Positions 9,233-18,340 of a stretch of DNA of 56,113 nt are shown here, piece by piece. Source of the DNA: Chitinophagaceae bacterium (GTDB lineage: Bacteria > Bacteroidota > Bacteroidia > Chitinophagales > Chitinophagaceae). Made by a program: the position numbers and the translations under genes. The stretch is from NCBI GenBank assembly GCA_025450235.1, contig JANWHX010000294.1, positions 1 through 56,113 on the forward strand. Reading direction: 5' to 3'. Under the pieces are notes generated by a model. That model was not told the origin of the DNA and made no database searches. It worked only from the letters and a program-made list of their open reading frames with translations. The stretch's first letter is position 1, and each line of letters opens with the position of its first letter.

Positions 9233-10374
9233 ATGGCATGCTCCAGCACCCGGCCGGTTTTGTATTTTTTTAATGCCAATTCGTCCAATGCAACACCCAA
9301 GCCATCGCTTTGCGGAACAACGGCGCTACCGTTTTCAAAACGAATTGGATCTTTTATCAGGTCATCTTCCCGAACCAATTCGCCAAAAAGATCCGACGGG
9401 ATTGTACAATTTATGCTCGCTGCTGCTATATGCAATGCCATTGCTTCCAATATCCCCAAATCGACCTCTGAACCGCGCCAGCATTTTTTTCCTTCCAAGT
9501 TGGCAATCTCAGCCAACAAAACCGAATTGTAAGCCGAACCATTGAAGTTGTAGCCATCTACCGCATCAGATCTTACAAAAGCAATGATGTCCTTAATATC
9601 CTGTGTATACGGAAGAGAAATATGCCGGTAGATAGGGATGTCGAGTTTTTGTTTTAAGTATTTAAAGCCATCCACATCCTCATGCAAAATGGGATCCTCG
9701 AGACCTAGCATGATATCATTTTCTACCCCTTTCATCAAACGGAGGGTTGTATCAACATCTTTCCATCGTTGATTGGGGTCGAGGAGGACTTTGATCCCGT
9801 TACCGCATTTCCTTTTTATCTCTTTTGTCCATAAGCGGACAGGATCTTCATCAGAACATTTGAACTTGAAAACACGGTGTCCTCTTTGCATGGCTTCAAA
9901 AGCCTTTACAGCTGCATCTTCCGGTGTCCTTCTACCCGTCCAACCCATGCACTCTACCCGATCCCTGTAGGCGCCTCCGAGTAACTGGTAAACGGGAACG
10001 CCGAGCAATTTGCCAATAAGATCCAACACCGCCATTTCAAAAGCTTCATATATCCGCTGATCAATTACCGGTAATCTTCTCCAGTTCAATTTTCTTATAT
10101 CTTTTCCCAGAAAGGTTTTCAAAGCCTCTTCAATCATCTCGCCGGAAGCGCTTCGATATGTTTCCCCGATGCCGACCAACCCGTTGGACAACTTTATTTG
10201 GATGATCCATTTGGATTGGTTGGCAAATTCAGTCCAGCTGGCGCCTGTTAAAAATTTTTTTGCAAACTCTTTGTCCTTGTCAAAAACAGAATCGGAATTG
10301 AGACTGCCCGGTTTTGACGGGACAATAACTTCTGTCGCGTCAATAGATCGTATGATTGTATTTTGCATATTCAT
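9229..10374 (-). CDS. enolase-superfamily enzyme (mandelate racemase / muconate lactonizing family)
   Basis: N-terminal capping pattern IQIKLSNGLVGIGETY. It has a KFK (KxK) motif and candidate metal ligands in LLDPNQRW and GLEDP. Confidence 0.8.
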   Translation of the reverse strand: MNMQNTIIRSIDATEVIVPSKPGSLNSDSVFDKDKEFAKKFLTGASWTEFANQSKWIIQIKLSNGLVGIGETYRSASGEMIEEALKTFLGKDIRKLNWRRLPVIDQRIYEAFEMAVLDLIGKLLGVPVYQLLGGAYRDRVECMGWTGRRTPEDAAVKAFEAMQRGHRVFKFKCSDEDPVRLWTKEIKRKCGNGIKVLLDPNQRWKDVDTTLRLMKGVENDIMLGLEDPILHEDVDGFKYLKQKLDIPIYRHISLPYTQDIKDIIAFVRSDAVDGYNFNGSAYNSVLLAEIANLEGKKCWRGSEVDLGILEAMALHIAAASINCTIPSDLFGELVREDDLIKDPIRFENGSAVVPQSDGLGVALDELALKKYKTGRVLEHAI

Positions 10375-11327
10375 TTGTCTCCGGCATTTTGCGGATATTT
10401 TTCCGAAACCTTCCTGATCTCGTAGGTAAATTCAACAAAAAGCTTTTCCCATTTTTCGGCGCTCTCTTTTGTATAAGGATAAAATCCATGTGCATTGCTG
10501 ACTCCTTTTGCTCCCGCAGCCACTAGTTTTTCCATTGATTCAGGCGCCCTGGTCGAATTATCGAGTTCAGGAAAAAGATCTTTCATTACATTGAGATAAG
10601 CCGGCACACCAGTCAGGTCCATGAAGCGAAAAATGCCGGCAAAAGTTATCCAATAACCAAAATCATTTCTGCAGGCGCGATCGATATCTTCATAACTGGC
10701 ATATCCATTTTCAACTAAGTGAAATGCTTCCCGCATCATTGCATACATCAGGCGGTTGGTAATAAATCCCCGAATATCTTTTCTTACCAGCGAAGGCTCC
10801 TTACCCCAACCTTCTGCCAGCGCCATCACTTTTTCAGCATATTTGATATCAGATTGAGCGCCGCAAATCACTTCCAAAAAGCGAAGCACATGAGCAGGTT
10901 CACCCCAATGTATGCCCAATAACCGTTCTGGATGATCTAATCCTTCCTGCAACTGGGTGACGGGTATTGCAGATGTATTGCTTCCGATAATAGCCGACGG
11001 TGACAAAATCATTTCAAGCCTCTGATACAAACGCTTTTTAACGGCAACGTCTTCCACTATCGATTCAATCACTAATTCATGGTTGGCCAGATCACTGATA
11101 TCGTTGGTAATTTTTAATTGGCTAATAACGCTTCCCGGTTCTTCATTTAATCTATTCTCGTCTTTCAATTGTTGCAGGAACCCATGTATTCTCTCCCTCG
11201 CTGCATCTCCTTTTTCCAGATGCTGCACCAGGGATGTTACCGCATGACCCGAGGCCAGCAGGCAGGTTGCGATACTGCTTCCCATTAATCCGAGTCCAAC
11301 TGTTGCAATGGGTATTTTTACACTCAT
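10371..11327 (-). CDS. 3-hydroxyacyl-CoA dehydrogenase-family NAD-dependent dehydrogenase
   Basis: Rossmann N-terminus ATVGLGLMGSSIA. The length and C-terminal helical domain fit the HADH / L-gulonate 3-DH family. Confidence 0.8.
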   Translation of the reverse strand: MSVKIPIATVGLGLMGSSIATCLLASGHAVTSLVQHLEKGDAARERIHGFLQQLKDENRLNEEPGSVISQLKITNDISDLANHELVIESIVEDVAVKKRLYQRLEMILSPSAIIGSNTSAIPVTQLQEGLDHPERLLGIHWGEPAHVLRFLEVICGAQSDIKYAEKVMALAEGWGKEPSLVRKDIRGFITNRLMYAMMREAFHLVENGYASYEDIDRACRNDFGYWITFAGIFRFMDLTGVPAYLNVMKDLFPELDNSTRAPESMEKLVAAGAKGVSNAHGFYPYTKESAEKWEKLFVEFTYEIRKVSEKYPQNAGDK

Positions 11328-11336
11328 TCTGCAGGG

Positions 11337-11726
11337 TTAATCATTTCCTTTTATCCTGGCAATAGCATCGATCTCTACCTTTATCCCGTGGGACAAAACA
11401 GACTGAACTGTCGTTCTTGCGGGCAGTATGCCGGAAAAAAACGATGCGTAAGCCTTGTTGTACCTGTCAAAATCATTGATGTCAGTAAGGTGAACGGTGC
11501 ATTTAACTATATCTGCGATAGTTCCGCCAGCAGCCTCAACGATTTTTTGTATATGAGATAAAGTATGAATTGTTTCTTCTTCAATACTGCCATGAACTAC
11601 TTTACCTGTTGACAGATCCACCGGCCCCTGCCCGCTGACAAATAACCATTCATCTATTAACACACCGGCTGAATAGGCCCCCGTGCTAACTGCCTTATCG
11701 GGATGTTTAACTTCAATCTTACTCAT
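11337..11726 (-). CDS. RidA/YjgF/UK114-family enamine/imine deaminase
   Basis: 129 aa. GAYSAGVLIDEWLFVSGQ ... ARTTVQSVLSHGIKVEIDAIA matches the RidA fold signature. Confidence 0.85.
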   Translation of the reverse strand: MSKIEVKHPDKAVSTGAYSAGVLIDEWLFVSGQGPVDLSTGKVVHGSIEEETIHTLSHIQKIVEAAGGTIADIVKCTVHLTDINDFDRYNKAYASFFSGILPARTTVQSVLSHGIKVEIDAIARIKGND

Positions 11727-12526
11727 CTTTGTTTAGATAAATTTTCAAGGAAAGGCCAGGTTTTAAATTCTTCCAGGAAATGCACCAATGCGTTTACCGC
11801 GTGCTCAAACAAATGTTTTCCTTTTTCAGCTGTTCCCAAACCTGGTTCTCCGCTACTTCCATTGCTTGAAATAAATTGTGTTTGTTTTGCGATGGTGACG
11901 CCCCGATAAGGCTCATCATCTTCCCACGCTATGAAACCATTGCTAGCAGGTCTTTTTGCTCTTTGTATTTCTGCGGGAAATACCTTTTCAGGAGCCAGGT
12001 GTAATAACAAACTGGTTTCATATTCGCAGGCATGACTCAGGGCTGGGCTTTCCATTGGGGGAAGACCGGCAAAACTCTTCCCCGCCAATTCCCAGTATGT
12101 TGCTAGAACAATGTTCGGGTTCAATGTAGAATCATGCTTATTGCTGAGCATTACGAGCGACTCACGCACTGGAGTGATATTGCCTCCATGCCCGTTTAAC
12201 AATACAATTCGTCGAAAGCCGCATTGCAATAAAGATTCCACCATTTCAATTATCACGCGGGTGTATGTAATAGCGGAAACACTTATGGTACCTCCGAAGG
12301 CGAGGTGGTGATGGCTGGAACCAAAAGGAAGTGTAGGACAGAGCAGCACATCATTTTCAAGCCTTTTTTCAGCGGCCATCGCTACCTGTGAAACAAGTTC
12401 AGTATCGGTTGAAACAGCAAGATGAGGACCATGTTGTTCGATAGCTCCCAGTGGAAACAATACGACCTTATTAACCGCATCGCCTCTAAGCGTTTTACTA
12501 CTCATCCCTGAAAATATCATAAGCAA
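11723..12526 (-). CDS. creatininase-family amidohydrolase
   Basis: Contains PLGAIEQHGPHLAVSTD (the family's EQHGxHLPxxTD motif) and LLNGHGGN. The true start may be Met8 (12505). First gene of the operon. Confidence 0.8.
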   Translation of the reverse strand: MLMIFSGMSSKTLRGDAVNKVVLFPLGAIEQHGPHLAVSTDTELVSQVAMAAEKRLENDVLLCPTLPFGSSHHHLAFGGTISVSAITYTRVIIEMVESLLQCGFRRIVLLNGHGGNITPVRESLVMLSNKHDSTLNPNIVLATYWELAGKSFAGLPPMESPALSHACEYETSLLLHLAPEKVFPAEIQRAKRPASNGFIAWEDDEPYRGVTIAKQTQFISSNGSSGEPGLGTAEKGKHLFEHAVNALVHFLEEFKTWPFLENLSKQR

Positions 12527-12538
12527 ACCTGTTGGTGA

Positions 12539-12603
12539 TAAAATTAGAAATTACGCAATTTTGATTGTTCTGTTTATTGATTAATTATGTATACTTTATT
12601 AAC
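12539..12603 (-). promoter_or_regulatory. promoter 'a' of the catabolic operon (shared architecture)
   Basis: On the minus strand: AATAAAGTATACA (GTATACA = 12588-12594), ATAAACAGAAC (12567-12577) and TAATTTTA (12539-12546). There are exactly 48 nt from the G of GTA to the T of the -7 box. Confidence 0.45.
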
Positions 12604-12758
12604 ACTGTATTGTATTATTTTTTTCAATATCGAATTGCAACTTACTCATTTCAAATATTGCAAATTGACCGTCAGTTTGCGCACCGCATTTGATTGCTGA
12701 AACGAGCCTGGGAACATGGCGAATACCCCTCTCGACAGGAAAAGAATCTAAAATATTA

Positions 12759-12766
12759 TACTTTTA
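12759..12766 (+). promoter_or_regulatory. candidate -7 box for the AraC genes
   Basis: TACTTTTA (TAnnTTTA) lies 45 nt upstream of the ATG at 12812. No good -33 TTTG was found. Confidence 0.25.
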
Positions 12767-12811
12767 AAACAAAAATTTCATTAAATTGGGGGTGGATTGT
12801 TAATTTAGTAT

Positions 12812-13675
12812 ATGAAGCCGCAACTCCACAGGCTGCCCGTTTCGGCGGACGCCTCTTTTCTATATAAACAACTTGATCTTCCCTATTTCGCCAACCCCTG
12901 GCATTTCCATAAAGAGTATGAGTTGGTACTTATTGATAAAAGCAGCGGCACAAGATTTATCGGCGATAGCGTCAGTCATTTTGAAGGCGGTGACCTTTGC
13001 TTCATTGGCTCAAATATTCCACACCTGTATCGAAACAGTGAAGCGCACTACGCGGGGAAAAGTAAGCTCAGGGCGAGATCGGTTTTTGTTCATTTTACCC
13101 GGGACTTTTTAGGAAACGACTTCTTTGATGTACCTGAAATGAAACACATTTACCGGTTGCTTGCAAAGCCATCATTAGCGTTCGAGATACACGGCAAAAC
13201 GAAAAAAAGTGCAATCACCATACTTCGGGACATGGAAGTTCAAAATCCTGCTCAACGATTATTGAGTTTGCTCGAAATACTGGTGCACTTGTCGCAAAGC
13301 CCGGATCTAAAGCCGCTGTTGTCTAAAGACTTTTCCGCTAATACCAGTTTGGACACTGAGAGAATAAACAAGGTTTTTGAATTTATTATTAGCAATTACA
13401 CACAGGAGATATATGTCCACGAAATAGCCTCAAAACTTGATATGAGTGTCGCCTCATTTTCAAGGTATTTCAAACATCACACACGCAAGACATTTTCCGA
13501 CTATGTAACAGAAATAAGAATCGGTCATGCGTGCCGGCTCCTGATGGAGGATAATTACAGTGTTTCAGAAGTCAGTTACCAGAGCGGGTTCAGCAACCTG
13601 GCCAATTTTTATCGTCACTTCAAGAAAAATGTTGGGGTGATACCCAAAGAATACAGGAACACATTTTTAAAATAA
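12812..13675 (+). CDS. AraC-family transcriptional regulator (cupin sensor + HTH)
   Basis: N-terminal cupin-like WHFHKEYELVLI...GDLCFIGSNIPH. C-terminal double HTH ...IRIGHACRLLMEDNYSVSEVSYQSGFSNLANFYRHFKK. Confidence 0.85.
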   Translation: MKPQLHRLPVSADASFLYKQLDLPYFANPWHFHKEYELVLIDKSSGTRFIGDSVSHFEGGDLCFIGSNIPHLYRNSEAHYAGKSKLRARSVFVHFTRDFLGNDFFDVPEMKHIYRLLAKPSLAFEIHGKTKKSAITILRDMEVQNPAQRLLSLLEILVHLSQSPDLKPLLSKDFSANTSLDTERINKVFEFIISNYTQEIYVHEIASKLDMSVASFSRYFKHHTRKTFSDYVTEIRIGHACRLLMEDNYSVSEVSYQSGFSNLANFYRHFKKNVGVIPKEYRNTFLK

Positions 13676-13684
13676 TTGCCGTTT

Positions 13685-14557
13685 ATGAAGCCACTACTTT
13701 CGAAAATACCGTTTTCATCGGATTCCTCCTTTCTATATAAAAAGCTGGAATGTGATTACTTCAATGATCCCTGGCATTTCCATAAGGAATTTGAACTGGT
13801 CATGATCAACCGGAGCAGTGGCACCAGATTCATTGGCGACAATGTGTCCAGTTTCAAAGAGGGAGACCTAACCTTTATCGGTTCCAATATCCCGCATATG
13901 CTACGGAACAACGAGGAGTTTCACCGGCGAAAGGGAAAATCAGGAGCCAGCGCTATTTATATTCATTTCACAAAAGATTTTCTTGGAAAGCATTACTTTG
14001 AAATACCCGAAATGAAATTAGTGAACCGGCTGCTACAGCGATCATCACTGGCACTTGACATTCATGGAAAAACCAAAAAATATACGACCGCCAAACTCCA
14101 GGATATGTTTGAGCAAGATCCAACCCGGCGTTTATTGAGTCTCCTGGAAATTCTTATCCAACTATCCCAAAGTAATGAAATGCGGCCGTTGCTCTCTACT
14201 GGTTACTCGGCAAACACTATCGGCGACACCGAGCGAATAAATAACGTGTTTGAGTTTATCATGGATAAGTACACTGAACAAATCTATGTACAGGAAATAG
14301 CGTCAAAATTAAACATGAGTGTCGCCGCATTTTCACGGTATTTCAAACACCGTACAAGAAGGACTTTTTCAGACTATGTAACAGAGATCAGGATCGGCCA
14401 TGCCTGCAGGCTGTTGATGGAAAACAATTGCAGCATATCTGAAGTAAGTTATCAAAGTGGTTTTGACAACCTTTCTAATTTTTACCGGCATTTCAAGAAA
14501 ATAGTTGGGATAATCCCTAAAGAATACCGGGACCGGTTCTTAAAAGTGTCTGCCTGA
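13685..14557 (+). CDS. AraC-family transcriptional regulator, tandem paralogue
   Basis: Collinear with the previous protein. The ATG at 13685 aligns MKPLLSKIPFSSDSSFLYKKL with MKPQLHRLPVSADASFLYKQL. The track start 13676 is TTG. Confidence 0.85.
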   Translation: MKPLLSKIPFSSDSSFLYKKLECDYFNDPWHFHKEFELVMINRSSGTRFIGDNVSSFKEGDLTFIGSNIPHMLRNNEEFHRRKGKSGASAIYIHFTKDFLGKHYFEIPEMKLVNRLLQRSSLALDIHGKTKKYTTAKLQDMFEQDPTRRLLSLLEILIQLSQSNEMRPLLSTGYSANTIGDTERINNVFEFIMDKYTEQIYVQEIASKLNMSVAAFSRYFKHRTRRTFSDYVTEIRIGHACRLLMENNCSISEVSYQSGFDNLSNFYRHFKKIVGIIPKEYRDRFLKVSA

Positions 14558-14564
14558 CGCCCGG

Positions 14565-15116
14565 TTAAGAATATTTATTGTAAAAATGATTGGCACTTTC
14601 AATCCAATCGAGAAAAGCCGGCTGCAGGTTATTTAAGTGCGCCAGTTCAACCAAAATCTTCTGAAGCGCTTCGATATTATCTTCATGCTGTTCTACACAA
14701 TAAATAACAAGTCCTTTTTCGGCTGCCCCATTACACCACTCAAATCGTTTGAATAAAATAGCCAGCAGTTTTCCAGGGAATGAAAAAGGTGGCACCAATT
14801 CAATATTGTCTCTCAACACGTCTTTCCTGACAACCCTTTTATTTGAAACGATCATTTCAAGATCATCGTTGCATCCACAGGCAAGCACGTCGTTCCAGTG
14901 TTCTTTTGCCAATAGTGTCCTGCTGATAAATGCTTTCGGGGTTTCGGCTTTGACCGAGCCACGGCTGGTTGACTTAATTATGACGACACTTCCTTCGATT
15001 CGTTTTGTGCCATCGGGAAGGTCAACGGAAAACGGGTTCATGCCTGGAAATGAATTCCAGGAGCCGAATAACAAGATTTTTTCCGGCATATGAAGAATAT
15101 TTTTTTTTGCAGCCAT
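14565..15116 (-). pseudogene. uxaB: truncated tagaturonate reductase (altronate oxidoreductase)-like fragment
   Basis: 183 aa, against ~480 aa for UxaB. LLAILFKRFEWCNGAAEKGLVIYCVEQHEDNIEALQKILVELAHLNNLQPAFLDWIESANHF aligns with remembered E. coli UxaB ...[62 protein letters not shown]. The dinucleotide motif is degenerate (FGSWNSFPG versus FGEGNFLRA). The C-terminal two-thirds are missing. Confidence 0.55.
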
Positions 15117-15168
15117 TGGCCTGTTTTCACCTGTTTATTCTAAGGAGCTGGGGAAGCTCTCTTTAAAG

Positions 15169-16623
15169 CTATTTAGATGTTTTACCTTGTTGCACTGTTG
15201 CAAAGGATTTTTGAATTTCCGCATGTGATAATAAAGCGTTCGCGGGCAATGGAAAGTCTTTGCTGAAAACATGCAGGTCCATATTCGGCTGGATTGTAAT
15301 ACTGCTTTCATCAATCTTTCCATCTTTTCCCGATATAGCTTTCAAGTCCATCTTAAACCATTTTGCAAAAAAATGGTACATGGGCGTCCTCTTGGAAATA
15401 CCATAATCATGCTTGTCATTAGGGAGATATACGCTGGATACATTTCCAGCTTTTCCATAAAAGCCATACACCTTTTTCAGATAGGGATAATCTGTTCCGG
15501 GTACCGAAGTTGTCCAATCAGAGCCATCAGAAATAACAAGCATAGGTTTCGGGGCAATCAACGCGGCAATTTCCGCATTATTAGTTTTATGTCCTTTACA
15601 TTCGTCATGAATGGGCAGTCCACTTTCGCAAGGGCAGCCGCCATAAAAACTTGAAGAAACCATTACAACGGGAACGGTAACAGTTACGCGGTTATCTACT
15701 GCCGCCACAAGAATAGTTTGAGTACCTCCACCTGAAGCTCCGGTTACTCCCACTCTCGTTTTGTCTGCACCAGGCAACGATAATAGAAAATCAAGAGCCC
15801 TGATACTGTTCCAAGTTTGTATGGCTTCGGAGAAACCTGTTTCATGAAATGAATAACCACCTGTTTGGTTGGCCGACTCACCCCAGGAATACATGTCATA
15901 ATTAAAAACAATGGCTCCCATTTTCGCTAGTCCTCCGCAGCGAAATTGCATATCCGCCCTGTAACGACCGCTGTCAACAGAACTCGAAGGATTCTGCTCA
16001 TTATAAAAATGCCCGTGGGGGCAGATAATAACAGCTAACGGTCCTTTTACATTGGTCGGTTTGTATACCGTACCCGTTACATAATATCCCGGAACGCTTT
16101 CAAAGGCTACATTTTGTACGCTATAGCCGTTCATAATCACTTCGGACCGGTAGATTGTGTTCAAAGGAGTTCTGTTATCAAAATTCGTAATTCCCAATGC
16201 ACTCAAAATACAGTCACGCAATTCTTTTTTTCGCTTATTGAACTTTTCAGCATTAGGATAAGCACGCAACAATTCATCGAGATGTTTTTTGCCTTCTGCC
16301 TCAGAACGTCGATAGTACTCATAGGGTCCTATCTCGTAAACATTTTTTCCTTTGTCCTGGTACGCAAGATTGAGAGGCTTCAGAATGTTGTCCAGTGTAT
16401 TTTTTACATCGGATGTAAACCGCCAGGTCGCATAACTTACATTTACATCGTTCACATCCCTGTCATCGTACCGGAGTTTCACATGATAGGTCTTCTCTAC
16501 ATTCTCCAGTACTTCCCTGAGCGGCTTTTTGTAAATATCCCCGGGTTGCTGGGCAATCGCCTGGTAAATAAAGGCGACAGACAATACCGTTAAGGAACAA
16601 ATACATTTCAACGTTCTTCGCAT
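15169..16623 (-). CDS. secreted alpha/beta-hydrolase (acetyl-xylan-esterase-like carbohydrate esterase)
   Basis: Signal peptide. The nucleophile elbow is GVTGASGGG (GxSxG). A candidate His sits in NDKHDYG. A ~130-aa N-terminal accessory domain is present. Confidence 0.65.
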   Translation of the reverse strand: MRRTLKCICSLTVLSVAFIYQAIAQQPGDIYKKPLREVLENVEKTYHVKLRYDDRDVNDVNVSYATWRFTSDVKNTLDNILKPLNLAYQDKGKNVYEIGPYEYYRRSEAEGKKHLDELLRAYPNAEKFNKRKKELRDCILSALGITNFDNRTPLNTIYRSEVIMNGYSVQNVAFESVPGYYVTGTVYKPTNVKGPLAVIICPHGHFYNEQNPSSSVDSGRYRADMQFRCGGLAKMGAIVFNYDMYSWGESANQTGGYSFHETGFSEAIQTWNSIRALDFLLSLPGADKTRVGVTGASGGGTQTILVAAVDNRVTVTVPVVMVSSSFYGGCPCESGLPIHDECKGHKTNNAEIAALIAPKPMLVISDGSDWTTSVPGTDYPYLKKVYGFYGKAGNVSSVYLPNDKHDYGISKRTPMYHFFAKWFKMDLKAISGKDGKIDESSITIQPNMDLHVFSKDFPLPANALLSHAEIQKSFATVQQGKTSK

Positions 16624-16760
16624 ATAAGGATGTTTATAGTGCAGGTTTTATTTGCAAGACTTCGCTATAATGCAAAAAATGCCCGCTGTGGAAACAGAGG
16701 GCCCTGAATTGCTTGCGAAAATCTAACATTTTGCTTAATCAATGTTATTACCTGCAGTAC

Positions 16761-16825
16761 CGAAACTAAGAACGGGCTTTTAGAAAAATATCAGAAATTC
16801 TATTCAAGATGTATACTTTTTTAAC
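16761..16825 (-). promoter_or_regulatory. promoter 'b' (shared architecture, weaker -7 box, long leader)
   Basis: On the minus strand: TTAAAAAAGTATACA (GTATACA = 16810-16816), then 48 nt to TAGTTTCG (16761-16768). The leader to the ATG at 16623 is ~137 nt. Confidence 0.3.
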
Positions 16826-16976
16826 CTTGTCAATTTTTCTGCTATAATCCAGCCAGATCCGTCGCCAAAAAAATATAATCTACAATAAATTGATTGCTCC
16901 TTAGCAAAAAAAAGATGTCGGTCAGGATGCGGATTTATATTTTCAATTTTGAACCGCAGATATGATCCATTTGGTT

Positions 16977-18311
16977 TTATTCTTGTTGTTCACCCATCCG
17001 CTTATTTTTGGTGAAATCAGTTGGCGGCCCCGCCGGGGATAAAACAAATACCTGGCACTCGTGCGATTGAAGCGAGGCAGATAATGTTCCATTGGAAGCT
17101 CCCAGTGGTTTATGTTTCCATACATCATATACATTGTAATGCGCGGCAGAATCCAACTCGATACTTTTAAATTCGGTTGTTATAGATTTACTTGTCGAGT
17201 TACGGTTGAAAAATGCAATAGCGAATCGGTTGCCTGAAAGTGGCTTCTTCCATACTTCCATTCCATCCTTTCGCAATACACGAATTCCTTGTTTGCCTAA
17301 GCTATCCTGGTCAATAGCAACCAGGTCTTTATTCAGAAGGATCTCCTTTGTTGTTTCATTCATATTCCGGATATCGCAGCCCACCATTAACGGCGCCGCC
17401 AACATGCACCACATGCTCATCTGTGTGCGATATTCAATATCATTACAACCGCCACCTTTTATAAAACCCGTATTGTTCAGCCCGACAACGAGCATGTCCG
17501 GATCATTCCAGCCACCGGGTCCTGTAAAACGATCGAGATTTGATACTACATCGATTGATGTGACGATGCCTATCGGGCTGGACTCATTTCTTGGAAGATC
17601 CCAGATATCATGTACATCATAGGAAGTGCGCCACATATGACCGCCCACTTCCTTTCCCCATAACCAGGGAGAACGCGGGCCCCATTCGCAAATGCTAAAA
17701 AGAATCGGCCTGCCGGTACTTTTCAAAGCATCACCCATCTTTTTATAACGTTCCATGGCCATTTTGTAATCGTTATTCTCAGATGCATAATCATTACAAT
17801 AGCAATAATCATATTTCAGGAAATCGACGCCCCATTCGGCAAAAAGCTTTGCGTCTTTTTCTTCGTATCCGTAACTGCCCGGCCTGTCGCCGCAGGTCAG
17901 TGTTCCCGCATCCGAGTATATTCCGAATTTCAGCCCTTTACTATGTACATAATCCGCAAGCGCTTTAATGCCTGAAGGGAAGCGAGCGGAATCAGGATAC
18001 AACAGTCCCGTTGAAGAATCCCGGCCGCCTTGCCATATATCATCAATGACAATGTACCTGAAGCCAACATCTTTTAATCCTGTTGCGGCCATGGCGTCCG
18101 CAGTTTCCCGAATCACCTGTTCACTTACATTTTTTCCGAAAGGGTTCCAACTATTCCAGCCCATCGGTGGAGTTTTGGCAAGATCGGCATAGTCTGCGTT
18201 CTCCTTAGCGACGTCGCCGGGTTTAGCTTCTGTATTCTCCTTTTTTTCATTGCAACTTATAAAAAAGATACTGATAAGACCTGCGATAAAGATTCCCTTG
18301 AATTTTTCCAT
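16977..18311 (-). CDS. GH27 alpha-galactosidase / alpha-N-acetylgalactosaminidase
   Basis: Lipoprotein-type signal (FFISC). Carries PPMGWNSWNPFG, FLKYDYC and CEWG, which are hallmarks of GH27 (melibiase) enzymes. Confidence 0.9.
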   Translation of the reverse strand: MEKFKGIFIAGLISIFFISCNEKKENTEAKPGDVAKENADYADLAKTPPMGWNSWNPFGKNVSEQVIRETADAMAATGLKDVGFRYIVIDDIWQGGRDSSTGLLYPDSARFPSGIKALADYVHSKGLKFGIYSDAGTLTCGDRPGSYGYEEKDAKLFAEWGVDFLKYDYCYCNDYASENNDYKMAMERYKKMGDALKSTGRPILFSICEWGPRSPWLWGKEVGGHMWRTSYDVHDIWDLPRNESSPIGIVTSIDVVSNLDRFTGPGGWNDPDMLVVGLNNTGFIKGGGCNDIEYRTQMSMWCMLAAPLMVGCDIRNMNETTKEILLNKDLVAIDQDSLGKQGIRVLRKDGMEVWKKPLSGNRFAIAFFNRNSTSKSITTEFKSIELDSAAHYNVYDVWKHKPLGASNGTLSASLQSHECQVFVLSPAGPPTDFTKNKRMGEQQE

Positions 18312-18340
18312 ATGATTTACTGATTTGATGTTAGCCGACT

